Source: an uncultured beta proteobacterium
GTDB lineage: Bacteria > Pseudomonadota > Gammaproteobacteria > Burkholderiales > JACQAP01
Assembly (NCBI GenBank): GCA_963695915.1
Contig: CAVOIO010000031.1
Location: 1,760-65,759 of the forward strand
Direction: 5' to 3'
Length of the DNA stretch: 64,000 nt
Under the pieces are notes generated by a model. The model made no database searches. It had not been told where the DNA came from and was given only the letters and a program-made list of their open reading frames with translations. Both the position numbers and the translations under genes were made by a program. Positions 52,394 through 64,000 of the stretch are shown piece by piece (positions within the stretch are counted from its first letter, which is position 1; every line of letters begins with the position of its first letter).

Positions 52394-52949
52394 ATTCGAT
52401 CACCCGACCCGCATCTGCATCGGATGGGAAGACAGGGTAAAGCACCTCTTCGATCCGCCCCGCATGGACAATCATAGTAAGACGTTTGATGAGCTGGAAA
52501 CCGGCGAAAGCGAACGTTGGCAGCCGTAAGAGCCGTGCGAAGTGAAGCTGTGCATCGCTTAGAAGGGGAAACGGTAGATGAAGCCTTTGAACAGCCTCCG
52601 ATTGATACTCAGTATCTTGCGTACTCAGGCCGTACACCGTTGCGCCCAAGGCGGCAAGCTCCGCGTAGTGGTCCCGATAGGCACAGGACTGCGGCGTACA
52701 ACCACGTGCGCCCGGGATGGCGTTCCACGCTGCCGCACCGCCTGGCGGTTCCTGATCAGGTCGTCCGGTTCGAGGGTAACAATAGACAACTAGCCAAGGT
52801 CGACCTTCCTTGGACAAATCGACCGTTAGTCCGGAAGTAGCCCTCAAGCCAATTGACGGCAGCATTGACCGACGAAGGTGATCACACGCCCCGTCGTCTT
52901 CTGGGGCGGGCAGGTTCTCGGGAAGAGAATAGAGATTGTCCGTTCGCAT
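52350..52949 (-). CDS. First cassette ORF: peroxiredoxin (BCP/PrxQ-like)
   Basis: YPRTG..IPGARGCTPQSC, GLSTQ, FPLLSD and KRLT; the ORF reads through into the attC. Confidence 0.88.
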   Translation of the reverse strand: MRTDNLYSLPENLPAPEDDGACDHLRRSMLPSIGLRATSGLTVDLSKEGRPWLVVYCYPRTGRPDQEPPGGAAAWNAIPGARGCTPQSCAYRDHYAELAALGATVYGLSTQDTEYQSEAVQRLHLPFPLLSDAQLHFARLLRLPTFAFAGFQLIKRLTMIVHAGRIEEVLYPVFPSDADAGRVIEWLTSHSSGRAEARR

Positions 52950-52953
52950 AGAT

Positions 52954-53010
52954 GGCTAACTGGAAGTAGCAATCCCATTGACGGAATATTTTTCGTCAAT
53001 TTGACGAATA
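52954..53010 (-). other. Putative attI site
   Basis: Core GTTAGCC with no attC palindrome upstream. AT-rich, with an inverted repeat ATTGACG-N10-CGTCAAT at 52977-53000. Lies between the first cassette and the intI relic. Confidence 0.65.
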
Positions 53011-53111
53011 AACTGGTCGAGCGCATCGCAACTAATTGATATTTGAACAGTTGGCATCTCGGGACTCCTCCCAATAGGCTATCAAGACGCCCGACAAGCC
53101 GGCTCGACGAA

Positions 53112-53215
53112 AAGCCTACGCTCGGACCGAATCCGGAACAAGTTCGCCTGAAGCATCGAAGCGTCAGGATGGGGCCGCATACGTCGATTGGACAGGCGGG
53201 TTCGTCACCTTCAAC
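53112..53215 (+). pseudogene. intI: 5' relic of an integron integrase
   Basis: With small frameshifts it reads KPTL-DRI-EQVRLKHRSVRM..AYVDWTGGFVTFN, matching the IntI N-terminus (P.LLDQVR..IRLKHYS.RTE.AYV.WI.RFI.FH). It diverges from the array. Confidence 0.7.
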
Positions 53216-53295
53216 CGGGATTCTCAGTTCCATCCGGGAATACAATAAGGAACCGCGGCAATCTGGCCGTTCGCGGCATGAAAAAGGGAGGCCTC

Positions 53296-54402
53296 ATGAG
53301 TTCTTCTTTGACACGTCGCGAGTTTCTGGCCCGTGCTGGAATTGCGGTTGCGGGCATCCAGACTTTCGAGCACCTTGACCCCTGCTGTGCCTTTGCCGCC
53401 GATGCCAAGACATCGGACAAGGAACTCTTCGAACTCAAACCCGTGGCCGACGGCATCTATGCCGCTATTGCCGCGCCCCGCTACAAGGTCAATTCCAACG
53501 CCGCGGTAATCGTCACCAACGACGGCGTGATCGTGGTGGACTCGCACTCCAAACCTTCCGCCGCGTATGCGCTGTACCGGGAGATCCAGTCGATCACGAA
53601 GCAACCGATCAAAAAGATCATCAACACCCATTTCCACTGGGATCACTGGCAGGGCAACCAGGTCTATGCCGAAGCCAACCCCAACCTGGAAATTATTTCC
53701 TCACAGCGCACGCTGGAGAACATGACCGATCCCGATGCCGGAGGCGGCGGCCTGCCGTACATCGAGAAGCAGTTGGCGAACTTGCCGAAAGAAATCGAGG
53801 CGCTGAAGGCCGACATCCTGCGGGCGGCCGACTCCGGACAGAAAGCCCGACTCGAGGCGAACCTGCAGCAGACCGAGGCGTACCTGGAGGAACTGAAGCA
53901 TATCAAGCCGCCGCTCCCAAACAGGACAGTCGCCAATACGGTTACGCTCAACGAAGGCGGGCGCGAAATTCAGATTCTGTTGCTGGGACGCGGCCACACC
54001 GACGGCGACATCTTCATCCACTTGCCGAAGGAAAAAGTGGTCGTGACTGGGGACGCGGTGATCGACTGGATGCCGTTCATGAATGACGGCTTTCCGGAGG
54101 AGTGGGTGCAAACCCTCGATGCGCTGGAGAAATTCGACTTCACACAGATCATTCCCGGGCACGGCGAAGTCGCGTCCAAGGCTCATCTGGGATTCTTCCG
54201 GGGCTATCTCGCCGATCTCGTCGCCGCGGTCAAGTCGGCGCACGCCGACGGGGCCAGCCTGGATGAAATGAAGAAAGTGATCCCGGATCAACTCGCTGCG
54301 AAATACGAGCGGGGAATGTCGAAGTATCCGCTGGGCCAGTTTCGCGATCGCATAGGACTGAATATTGAAGCGGCCCATCGAAAAGTCATCAGGAAATCCT
54401 GA
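53296..54402 (+). CDS. Tat-exported metallo-beta-lactamase-fold hydrolase
   Basis: TRREFL Tat motif; THFHWDH (HxHxDH), GHTDGD, TGD and PGHG. Confidence 0.88.
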   Translation: MSSSLTRREFLARAGIAVAGIQTFEHLDPCCAFAADAKTSDKELFELKPVADGIYAAIAAPRYKVNSNAAVIVTNDGVIVVDSHSKPSAAYALYREIQSITKQPIKKIINTHFHWDHWQGNQVYAEANPNLEIISSQRTLENMTDPDAGGGGLPYIEKQLANLPKEIEALKADILRAADSGQKARLEANLQQTEAYLEELKHIKPPLPNRTVANTVTLNEGGREIQILLLGRGHTDGDIFIHLPKEKVVVTGDAVIDWMPFMNDGFPEEWVQTLDALEKFDFTQIIPGHGEVASKAHLGFFRGYLADLVAAVKSAHADGASLDEMKKVIPDQLAAKYERGMSKYPLGQFRDRIGLNIEAAHRKVIRKS

Positions 54403-54435
54403 CGATCGGATTCACCGGCGCGAGCGCATCGTTCT

Positions 54436-56214
<1,779 letters not shown>

Positions 56215-56242
56215 AGCGGGAAGATAACACACCACCACCCCG

Positions 56243-56301
56243 CCACCTCACCCCTTGCCCTCTCACCCGCAAGCGACGGATAGGGTAAGGGGTGAGGTGG
56301 C
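56243..56301. repeat. REP-like palindrome
   Basis: GCCACCTCACCCCTTGCCCT...AGGGTAAGGGGTGAGGTGGC long inverted repeat; related to the element at 21918-21964. Confidence 0.65.
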
Positions 56302-57728
56302 TATCCGAAGTTCACCATCACGTGCCGGGTGACGGTGTAGTCTTCAAGACCATACATGGACATATCCTTGCCGTAACCCGACATCTTCATCCCGCCGTGC
56401 GGCATTTCGTTCACCAGCATGAAGTGGGTGTTGATCCAGGTGCATCCGTACTCCAGCCGGCCTGCCACTTTCATCGCCCGGCTCACGTCCCGGGTCCACA
56501 CCGACGAAGCAAGGCCGTATTCCGAGTCGTTGGCCCAGGCGATCGCCTCGTCGGCATCCTTGAAGCGGGTCACCGACACCACTGGGCCGAATACTTCCTT
56601 GCGCACGATTTCGTCGTCCTGGAGCGCGCCCGCCACCACGGTGGGCTGATAGAAAAAGCCCTTGCCCGCCGCGACCGCACCGCCGGCGACCGCTTCCATG
56701 TGCTTGGTTGCGATCGCACGCTCGACGAAACCGGACACGCGCTCACGCTGTGCGGCACTGATTAGCGGCCCGATCTCGGAGTCGTCCTTGTCGGGCTGAC
56801 CGAATTTGATGGTCTTTACCGCAGCACCGAGATCGGCGACCAGCTTGTCGTAGATTTTCGCGCCGGCGTAGATGCGGCACGCGGCGGTGCAGTCCTGCCC
56901 GGCGTTGTAATAGCCGAAAGTGCGCAGCCCGCCGACCACGGCTTCGAGATCGGCGTCGTCGAACACGATCACCGGCGCCTTTCCACCGAGTTCGAGATGG
57001 GTACGCTTGAGCGTGGCCTGCGCTGCCTGCAGGACTTTGCGCCCGGTGGCGATGCTGCCAGTCACCGACACCATTCGCACGGCGGCGTGATTGATCAGCG
57101 GTGAACCGACCGTGTCGCCGCGGCCGTTGACGATGTTGATCACGCCTTTCGGAAAAATCTCGGCAAGGAGCTCGCCGAGTTTGAGTGTGGTGAGTGGCGT
57201 CATTTCCGAAGGCTTGAGTACCACCGTGTTGCCCGCGGCCAGCGCCGGCGCGATTTTCCACGCCGCCATCATCAGCGGGTAATTCCACGGCGTGATCTGC
57301 GCCACCACGCCGACCGGATCGCGGCGGATCATGCTGGTGTGGTTCGGCAGATACTCGTCGGCGGCGCTGCCGTGCAGGCAGCGCGCGGCACCGGCGAAGT
57401 AACGGAAACAATCCACGATCGCGGGCATTTCGTCGCCGAGCGCACGTGCCCTGGGCTTTCCACAGTTGAGCGACTCTAGATCGGCGTAGCCTTTGGCGTC
57501 CTGCTCGATGCGATCGGCAAGCTTCAGCAGCAGCAGCGAACGCTCTTGCGGCGTAGTGCCGCCCCAGCTCCTGAACGCTCTGCCCGCAGCCTCCACCGCC
57601 TGGTTGACCTGGTCCGCCGAGGCTTCACGAATCTTCGTGATCGCTTCGCCGGTGGCCGGATTGAGGACTTCGACTTCGGCGCCCGCCCCCGCGATCAGTT
57701 GTCCGTCGATGAGCAGTTTGATTTGCAT
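56301..57728 (-). CDS. patD: Gamma-aminobutyraldehyde dehydrogenase
   Basis: [30 protein letters not shown] and EMPHGG; lies in a ydcSTUV-type operon. Confidence 0.88.
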   Translation of the reverse strand: MQIKLLIDGQLIAGAGAEVEVLNPATGEAITKIREASADQVNQAVEAAGRAFRSWGGTTPQERSLLLLKLADRIEQDAKGYADLESLNCGKPRARALGDEMPAIVDCFRYFAGAARCLHGSAADEYLPNHTSMIRRDPVGVVAQITPWNYPLMMAAWKIAPALAAGNTVVLKPSEMTPLTTLKLGELLAEIFPKGVINIVNGRGDTVGSPLINHAAVRMVSVTGSIATGRKVLQAAQATLKRTHLELGGKAPVIVFDDADLEAVVGGLRTFGYYNAGQDCTAACRIYAGAKIYDKLVADLGAAVKTIKFGQPDKDDSEIGPLISAAQRERVSGFVERAIATKHMEAVAGGAVAAGKGFFYQPTVVAGALQDDEIVRKEVFGPVVSVTRFKDADEAIAWANDSEYGLASSVWTRDVSRAMKVAGRLEYGCTWINTHFMLVNEMPHGGMKMSGYGKDMSMYGLEDYTVTRHVMVNFG

Positions 57729-57742
57729 GGTATGCCTCCTTG

Positions 57743-58576
57743 TTATTTGCCGCTGCCCGCCACTTCGTGGGTATCGCGAGTGAGATAGAACGCCAGCAGG
57801 ATGGGAATGAAGGTCACCGCGATGACGAACACCGCGACCACGTTGGTGACCGGTCGCTGGCGCGGTCGCACCAGCTCGGAGAGCATCCAGATCGGCAGGG
57901 TTGTCTGTTGCCCGGCGGTGAATGTGGTGACGATGACCTCATCGAAAGACAATGCAAAGGCGAGCATGCCGCCGGCCAGCAACGCGGTGGCGATGTTCGG
58001 CAGCACCACATGGCGAAAAGTCTGAAAGCCGTCGGCGCCGAGATCCATCGAGGCTTCGATCAACGCCGGCGAAGAGCGCCGGAAGCGCGCCAGCACGTTG
58101 TTGTAGACCACCACTACACAGAATGTGGCGTGGCCGATGGCGATGGTCCAGAAGCTGAACGGAATACCCGCCAGGTTGAGCGCGGAACGCAGGCTGATGC
58201 CGGTGATGATCCCCGGCAGAGCGATCGGCAGGATCAGCAACAGGGAAATCATCTCGCGGCCGAAGAATTTCGAACGCCATACCGCAGCCGCGGCCAGCGT
58301 GCCGAGCAGAATCGCGACCAGCGTTGAAATCGCGGCGACCTGCAGCGAAAGCAACAACGCGGAATGAATGTCTTCACGGGCCCAGGCTACCGCGAACCAT
58401 TTGAGGGTCAGGCCTGGTAACGGAAAGACGAAACTTTTCTCGTCCGTGCTGAAGGCATAAAGAATAATGAATGCCAGCGGCACATGCAGGAAAGCCACGC
58501 CGATAAGCGCGCCAGCCCTGAGCGACAGCCCCGCTTTGGCCCCGTGGCGCACGGCTCCCCGGGCCTCAGAGGGCAT
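57743..58576 (-). CDS. Polyamine ABC transporter permease (YdcV/PotC-like)
   Basis: [11 protein letters not shown] motif; LSFDEVIVT. Confidence 0.88.
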   Translation of the reverse strand: MPSEARGAVRHGAKAGLSLRAGALIGVAFLHVPLAFIILYAFSTDEKSFVFPLPGLTLKWFAVAWAREDIHSALLLSLQVAAISTLVAILLGTLAAAAVWRSKFFGREMISLLLILPIALPGIITGISLRSALNLAGIPFSFWTIAIGHATFCVVVVYNNVLARFRRSSPALIEASMDLGADGFQTFRHVVLPNIATALLAGGMLAFALSFDEVIVTTFTAGQQTTLPIWMLSELVRPRQRPVTNVVAVFVIAVTFIPILLAFYLTRDTHEVAGSGK

Positions 58577-59498
58577 CGAAAGCTCCCAGCCGTCTCGCGA
58601 TCGTGAGATAGATTGCCATGACCACGATGGGCACGATGGTGAAGGCTGCAGCGAGCGGGATGTTGCCCGCCGTGCCCTGCAACTGGTACACCGCCTGGCC
58701 GATGAACGGGCGCGAGTTGCCGATGATGCCCGGAATGATGTAGTCGCCGAGCGTTAGCGAAAACGTAAAGATCGAGCCCGCCACCACACCCGGAAACGCC
58801 AGCGGCAGGATCACCTTGCGGAAGGTCTGTTTCGGCGTCGCCCCGAGATCGGCGGAAGCTTCGGTGAGCGAGGCCGGCACGCGCTCCAGTGCCGCCACGA
58901 TCGGCAGGATCATGAACGGCAGCCAGATATACAGAAACACCAGGAAGCTTCCGATGTAGGAAATCGACAGGGACGGGCCACCGATCACCGGGATCGCCAG
59001 CACCAAGTCGAGGAGCCAGGTGAGATGCAACTGCGCGGCGAACCAGGTGACGATGCCTTCCTTGGCCAGAATCAGCTTCCAGGCGTAAACACGCACCAGG
59101 TAACTCGACCATAGCGGCAGCATCACCGCAAGGTACAGCGCCGCCTTCATCTTCATCGAGGCATAGCGCACCATGTAGTACGCGATCGGGAAGGCGATCA
59201 GCGCTGCGGCGATGGTGACGGCCGCGGCCATCACCGTGGTACGGATGAAAACGTCGGCGTTGGCGCGGGTGAACAACTGCTCGTAGGTAGCGAGCGAGAA
59301 TTCGCGAACAATGTTACCGGAGAATTCGTCGATGTAAAAAAAACTCTGCAGCAGCAGCGCGAACAACGATCCGAGGTAGATGATGCCCAGCCAGAGCAGC
59401 GGCGGGCCAAGAAGCAGAATCAGCAGAAGCTTCGGATGCAGGTAGAGCGCGGTGGAGATCCGCGAGGACAGGGAGGGCTGGGCGTAGGCCGCGCTCAC
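58566..59498 (-). CDS. Polyamine ABC transporter permease (YdcU/PotB-like)
   Basis: [22 protein letters not shown] and SLTLGDY. Confidence 0.88.
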   Translation of the reverse strand: MSAAYAQPSLSSRISTALYLHPKLLLILLLGPPLLWLGIIYLGSLFALLLQSFFYIDEFSGNIVREFSLATYEQLFTRANADVFIRTTVMAAAVTIAAALIAFPIAYYMVRYASMKMKAALYLAVMLPLWSSYLVRVYAWKLILAKEGIVTWFAAQLHLTWLLDLVLAIPVIGGPSLSISYIGSFLVFLYIWLPFMILPIVAALERVPASLTEASADLGATPKQTFRKVILPLAFPGVVAGSIFTFSLTLGDYIIPGIIGNSRPFIGQAVYQLQGTAGNIPLAAAFTIVPIVVMAIYLTIARRLGAFDAL

Positions 59499-60532
59499 GC
59501 GTCCTCCGCAAGCGGCTGGTTGAGGTGGCGCGGCCAGGCAAGCCTGACGGCCTCATCCGTGTGTACGGCGTATCCGCCGTCGCCGGCATTCTGGCGCATT
59601 ACCGCCAGTTCGCCGCCACTGTCGAGCGCGACCGCGTAACGGGTAGTGGCGCCGTGGTAAGTCACCGAGCGTATGCGGCCGGTGACGGAGAGCCAGCCGT
59701 CAGGCCCCTGCTCGGATGCCCCGATCATGGCGATTTTCTCGGGGCGAATCGCGAAGGCCTGCGCCGATCCGGTAAGCCGGCGGGCCAGCTCGCCGTTGCA
59801 GATATTCGACACGCCTACGAAGCCGGCGACGAAGACGGTTGCCGGATGCTCGTAGATTTCCGCCGGCGCGCCAATCTGCTCGATGCGGCCATGGTTGAAC
59901 ACCGCCAGCCGGTCGCTCATCGCCAGCGCTTCGCCCTGATCGTGGGTCACATAAATGAAGGTGATGCCGACCTGGCGCTGCAGGGCCTTGAGTTCCTCCT
60001 GCATCTGTTCGCGCAGCTTGAGGTCAAGCGCACCCAGCGGCTCGTCCAGCAGCAGCACGCTGGGCCGGTTGATCAACGCTCGCGCCAGCGCGACGCGCTG
60101 GCGCTGTCCTCCGGAGAGTTGGTTGGGCTTTCGGGCGCCCAGGGTTTCGAGTTTCACCAGCCCGAGCATCTCCTGCGAGCGCCGGCGCCGCTCGGCCGCT
60201 GCCACCCTGCGGATCATCAGTCCGTACTCGACGTTCTCCATCACGGTCATGTGCGGAAACAGGGCGTAGTCCTGAAACACCGTGTTCACGTCGCGCTGAT
60301 AAGGCGGCACACCCTCGACATTAACGCCATGAATCACGATATTCCCGGCGTCCGGCTGCTCAAACCCGGCAATCAGCCGCAAACAAGTGGTCTTGCCCGA
60401 GCCGGAGGGGCCGAGCATGGAGAAGAATTCTCCGTCCTGAATTTCGAAGCTGACGCCGTCCACCGCACGGACCTCGCCGAAGTGGCGCGAGACGCCGGCG
60501 AATCGGACGGCGATTCCGGATGGCTTTGTCAT
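59495..60532 (-). CDS. Polyamine ABC transporter ATP-binding protein (YdcT/PotA-like)
   Basis: GPSGSGKT, LSGGQRQR, LLLDEPLGALD and a C-terminal TOBE domain. Confidence 0.9.
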   Translation of the reverse strand: MTKPSGIAVRFAGVSRHFGEVRAVDGVSFEIQDGEFFSMLGPSGSGKTTCLRLIAGFEQPDAGNIVIHGVNVEGVPPYQRDVNTVFQDYALFPHMTVMENVEYGLMIRRVAAAERRRRSQEMLGLVKLETLGARKPNQLSGGQRQRVALARALINRPSVLLLDEPLGALDLKLREQMQEELKALQRQVGITFIYVTHDQGEALAMSDRLAVFNHGRIEQIGAPAEIYEHPATVFVAGFVGVSNICNGELARRLTGSAQAFAIRPEKIAMIGASEQGPDGWLSVTGRIRSVTYHGATTRYAVALDSGGELAVMRQNAGDGGYAVHTDEAVRLAWPRHLNQPLAEDA

Positions 60533-60548
60533 GGACGGAAGATGCCAC

Positions 60549-60580
60549 ACAAAGAACGGGCCGCAAAGAGCGGCCCGTCT
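60549..60580 (-). terminator. Intra-operon stem-loop / putative intrinsic terminator
   Basis: ACGGGCCGC-TCTTT-GCGGCCCGT followed by TCTTTGT on the minus strand, between the binding-protein and ATPase genes. Confidence 0.55.
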
Positions 60581-60640
60581 TGTTGGTTCTTACGGAGTGT
60601 GACTGTTCAGCAAGTCGTGGGCATTTTCAATGGCGCTATC

Positions 60641-61810
60641 TTACCGGCCGCCCAGGACAGCGATGTAATCCGTCACCCAGCGGTAGTAGGGTACGCAGGT
60701 ACGCCCCGCGCCGCAGTTGGTAACCGGGGTGCGCCAGAACCAGATGCGGTCGAATTCCTTCATGCCGTTGGTCTCACAACCCTTATCACCGAGAAGCGGA
60801 TTGCCCTTGCAGGCCTCCGGGACTACCGGCACTGAACCGAACCAGGCCGACAGGTCACCCTGCAGCTTCTTGTTGATGGAATGTTCCATCCACATGTACG
60901 AGCAGTTCGGGTGTGGCGCATCCGCGTGCATCATGGTGGTGTCGGCCCAGCCGGTTGCGCCTTCCCGCGGAACGACGCTGGCGATCGGCTTCTTCTCGCC
61001 CTGCAGCAGGTTGACCTGGAAGCCCCATGAGGACGACGCGACCACACCTTCGTTTTTGAAATCGTCGATCTGCACCATGGCGTCATGCCAGTAGCGCGAC
61101 ACCAGCTTGCGTTGTTCCCGCAGCAGCGTCAGTGCCGCCTTGTATTGCGCTTCGTCGAGTTCGTACGGGTTCTTGATGCCAAGCGCAGGCTGGGAATGCA
61201 TCAGGTACAGCGCCGCGTCGGCGATGTAGATCGGGCCGTCGAAGGCCTGCACCCGTCCCTTGTTCGACTTGCCGTCGTCCAGCTTCATTTCCTTGAATAC
61301 GACTTCCCAGCTTTGCGGCGGCTTCTTGAACACCTTGGTGTTGTAAGCCAGCACGTTGTAGCCCCACTGGTAGGGCACGCCGTAGTGTTTGCCGCCGACA
61401 TGGTGCCACGGCGCCTTCTGCAGGCGCGGGTCGATGCTGTTATAGCTGGGGATGAGGCTGACGTTGACCTCCTGCACCCGCTTGCCGGAAACCAGGCGCA
61501 AGCTGGCGTCTCCCGAAGCGGTCACCAGGTCGAAGCCGCCTTCATTCATCAACGCCACCATTTCGTCCGAAGTGCCGGCGGTCTTCACCCGGACCTTGCA
61601 ACCGCTTTTCTTCTCGAAATCGGTGACCCAGTTGTAACTCTTGTCGGTGTCGCCGCGCTCGATATATCCAGGCCACGCGACGATATCCACGACACCCTCC
61701 CCTTTGCCGATTTTTTCCATCCTGGCGATGGCCGGCGAGGCGCACAGCGCCACGGTGGCCAGAGCCATCACCAGAAAGCTACCCGTCAAGCGAAGTCTGC
61801 GATGCGACAT
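60641..61810 (-). CDS. Polyamine ABC transporter substrate-binding protein (YdcS-like)
   Basis: Signal peptide; VAWPGYIERG, DLVTASGDAS and EGATGWADT; RBS GGAGG. Confidence 0.88.
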   Translation of the reverse strand: MSHRRLRLTGSFLVMALATVALCASPAIARMEKIGKGEGVVDIVAWPGYIERGDTDKSYNWVTDFEKKSGCKVRVKTAGTSDEMVALMNEGGFDLVTASGDASLRLVSGKRVQEVNVSLIPSYNSIDPRLQKAPWHHVGGKHYGVPYQWGYNVLAYNTKVFKKPPQSWEVVFKEMKLDDGKSNKGRVQAFDGPIYIADAALYLMHSQPALGIKNPYELDEAQYKAALTLLREQRKLVSRYWHDAMVQIDDFKNEGVVASSSWGFQVNLLQGEKKPIASVVPREGATGWADTTMMHADAPHPNCSYMWMEHSINKKLQGDLSAWFGSVPVVPEACKGNPLLGDKGCETNGMKEFDRIWFWRTPVTNCGAGRTCVPYYRWVTDYIAVLGGR

Positions 61811-61958
61811 AACGCCTCCTTGTTGTTGGTTCCCGGCCGCGTCCCAGCGGCCGAGAATCACCAGGGAGCGTACCCGTTGGCGCGCTGGCCGGCAAGCATC
61901 CGTCATATCGGCGGGGCCGGGCAAGCGCCTCGTCCGCCCCGGGGACCAACACCGTCCG

Positions 61959-63950
61959 CTAGCGTCCGAAGCGGTACTCGGCGGAGAAAAAGAAGCTGCG
62001 CTCGGCCGCGGGATAGGCGTTATAGGAGTCCCCAGCATTGTTGCGTATGCCGTAGCTGAAGTAGTCTTCGGCAAATAGATTATCGACCTCCGCGCTGAAC
62101 CGCCATTGGCCGACCGCGCGTGTGGCCTTGAGGTCGACCACGGTGTAGGCCGGCATCTTGCTGGGAAAAGTGTTGCTCTGGTCGTTGTCGAAACGCTGAT
62201 CACCGACATAGCGCACTGCACCGGTCAGGTTCCAGTGCTCGGCCGGTTGCCACGCCGCCAGCAATGAGGCCAGGTGCTTTGGGACTAGCGGAATTTCGTT
62301 GCCGCTCACGTCGACGCCACCGAACACGCCTTCGCGGAAGCGCGCGCGCAAATATTCGTAACGTGCCTGAAGTTGGACATTGGAGGCTGGACGCAAACGC
62401 CCTTCGAGTTCGATGCCCTCATGGCTGGTCGGGGGCAGGTTCACGTTCGAAAAGAACGCCGCGAAGGGTACGCCGGGGATGACCATCAAATGGATTTCGT
62501 TGGCTACGTCGAGGCGATAGCCCGACAGGCGCACGTTACCGTTGGCATCGCCGTATTCGAGGGCGATCTCACGGTCGTGAGATGTCTGCGGCTCCAATGG
62601 CGTGGACTTGCCCCGATTCTCATCCACTGTTGCCACGCGGAAGCTGTTTCCCGCTTTGAGGTAAAGGTTCAGTCCTGCGGTCAATGCCTGCCGCAGTGCG
62701 ATCTCATAGGCGTTCGGATGGACCGTCTTGCTCGTCATCGACGCGGGTATGAAAGTGTCACCACGCTCCTCGATTTGGGTGCGGCTGCGTTGCGTCCGCC
62801 CGCCAATAGTGACCGCGGTGCGGCTGCCCAAGTCAAACGTATCCTGGACGAAAAACGCCGCGTTTTCCTGCGTCGAGGTGGCATCCGAATCGAATCCGGG
62901 AAATTCCGGGAAAACCACTGACGAGTCAGAATCCCAGTCCTCCCAGTCACCGCCGACGACGAGTGAATTTCGCTGGCCGAAAATCAAGCCGGTGATTCTC
63001 GCGCGCGGCGAGAACAACACCGTGCGGCCTGTGGTCTGATTGCGTCCACCCGAGACGCTGCCGGAATTTTCTCGCTCCCGGTAGGAACCGTCGGCGCTGA
63101 ATTCGACACCTTCCAGCGTGCGTGTCCAGGCAAGGGACGCATATTCGGTGTCAAGGGACCCATTGTCATTAGGAAAAACCGTCTGGCGGCGGTTCACGGC
63201 AATTTGTGCAGCGGATAGTGCGCCGGGAAGCCGGGCGTCCTGCGAGTCGGTGCCGAAACCCAGCGTCACCCGGTCGCGCTCCCCCGAAAATCGGACGCTG
63301 CCGGCCACGGTGTCTTGGCGCAGAGCATTGTTGTCGCGGTAATTCTCGGTGTCGTAGCGGCGCGCGCTGATGTCGAATCCGAGTGTTTCGCCGGCGATTC
63401 CCAATGCCGCCTCCACGGCATATGCGTCGTAGCTGCCCCCGCCGAAGAGCAGGCGTCCGGAGTGGCTGCCAGGATCCTGGCTGCGAGTGATGATGTTGAT
63501 GGTTCCGCCGGTGGCCCCGCCGCCGTAGAGCACTGCACCTCCACTGCGAAGGATCTCGATACGGTCCACTGAGGCAAGCGGAATAGCAGCGATGTTCGCG
63601 GGCTGAAGTTCGTTTTCGCTAATGCGCTGCCCGTTGACCAGCACCAGGGTGTTCTGGTCGCCGCTGACGCCGAAGCCACGCAGGTCGAGCTGCGGATTGG
63701 GTTGCCCGCTGCTGTCGCGGACATGAACACCGCCAATCGAGGTTAGAACGTCCGCAATGCTGCGGGCGTTGCTGGCTTCGATCTGGTCTCGGGTGATCAC
63801 CGTCACGCCGATCGGCTGGTCGCTTTGCTTTTCCTCGAATCGCGAAGCCGTTACCACCACTTCATCGGTAACGATGTCCGAGGCAACCTGCGCATATGCG
63901 TTTGCCGAACCGGCCAGTCCGGCAAGAAACAAAAAATTCCCTATTCTCAT
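61959..63950 (-). CDS. TonB-dependent receptor (BtuB-like; substrate uncertain)
   Basis: TonB box EVVVTASR, plug domain RIEILR..GAVLYG and a C-terminal AEYRF. Confidence 0.85.
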   Translation of the reverse strand: MRIGNFLFLAGLAGSANAYAQVASDIVTDEVVVTASRFEEKQSDQPIGVTVITRDQIEASNARSIADVLTSIGGVHVRDSSGQPNPQLDLRGFGVSGDQNTLVLVNGQRISENELQPANIAAIPLASVDRIEILRSGGAVLYGGGATGGTINIITRSQDPGSHSGRLLFGGGSYDAYAVEAALGIAGETLGFDISARRYDTENYRDNNALRQDTVAGSVRFSGERDRVTLGFGTDSQDARLPGALSAAQIAVNRRQTVFPNDNGSLDTEYASLAWTRTLEGVEFSADGSYRERENSGSVSGGRNQTTGRTVLFSPRARITGLIFGQRNSLVVGGDWEDWDSDSSVVFPEFPGFDSDATSTQENAAFFVQDTFDLGSRTAVTIGGRTQRSRTQIEERGDTFIPASMTSKTVHPNAYEIALRQALTAGLNLYLKAGNSFRVATVDENRGKSTPLEPQTSHDREIALEYGDANGNVRLSGYRLDVANEIHLMVIPGVPFAAFFSNVNLPPTSHEGIELEGRLRPASNVQLQARYEYLRARFREGVFGGVDVSGNEIPLVPKHLASLLAAWQPAEHWNLTGAVRYVGDQRFDNDQSNTFPSKMPAYTVVDLKATRAVGQWRFSAEVDNLFAEDYFSYGIRNNAGDSYNAYPAAERSFFFSAEYRFGR

Positions 63951-64000
63951 TGTTAGCTCCCGAATACACATGCCCGCCGCATGCAGGTTTATGAATGGGA

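Noticed and set aside
53035-53051. LexA box upstream of the intI relic
   Set aside because: Only a half-site is present (TTG-N9-CAGT instead of CTG-N10-CAG), too degenerate to call.
53296-54402. Beta-lactam resistance genes (the MBL fold here, and the serine hydrolase at 43413-44891)
   Set aside because: The similarity is fold-level only. They look like generic hydrolases, and the MBL gene is not a cassette.
63951-64000. Cobalamin riboswitch upstream of the TonB receptor
   Set aside because: Plausible by context, but the aptamer would lie beyond the window edge and no conserved box is visible.

Overview
A 64 kb, high-GC window from a Betaproteobacterium-like chromosome, judged by gene content and order. 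From 1 to 30 kb it holds core genes: plsC-like, a PfkB kinase, rlpA-rodA-mrdA-mreDCB, gatCAB, pyrE/xth/ampG, metXW, lptE-leuS, uvrD, thrB, LOG and polA. Next come sodC-like, kdpFABCDE and an oxalate-CoA ligase/PanE2-like pair (30-43 kb). From 45 to 53 kb lies a decayed integron: seven attC sites, a putative attI, and only a frameshifted 5' relic of intI. It is followed by an MBL hydrolase, msbA, a ydcSTUV/patD polyamine locus and a TonB-dependent receptor. Most genes from 2 to 45 kb are frameshifted, almost certainly from long-read indel errors. Five things stand out. (1) The fossil integron carries two paralogous ABC substrate-binding genes, each bracketed by a copy of its own 3'-end motif (AGGTGATC..TGA/ATG), which hints at a separate mobility mechanism. 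(2) Heptamer-repeat inverted elements sit at junctions of essential operons and inside polA. (3) gatB contains an in-frame, low-GC replaced segment. (4) Two MITE families abut stop codons, mostly at CTAG. (5) A SodC lipoprotein has lost all three Zn-site histidines and is flanked by two relic kup 3' ends.
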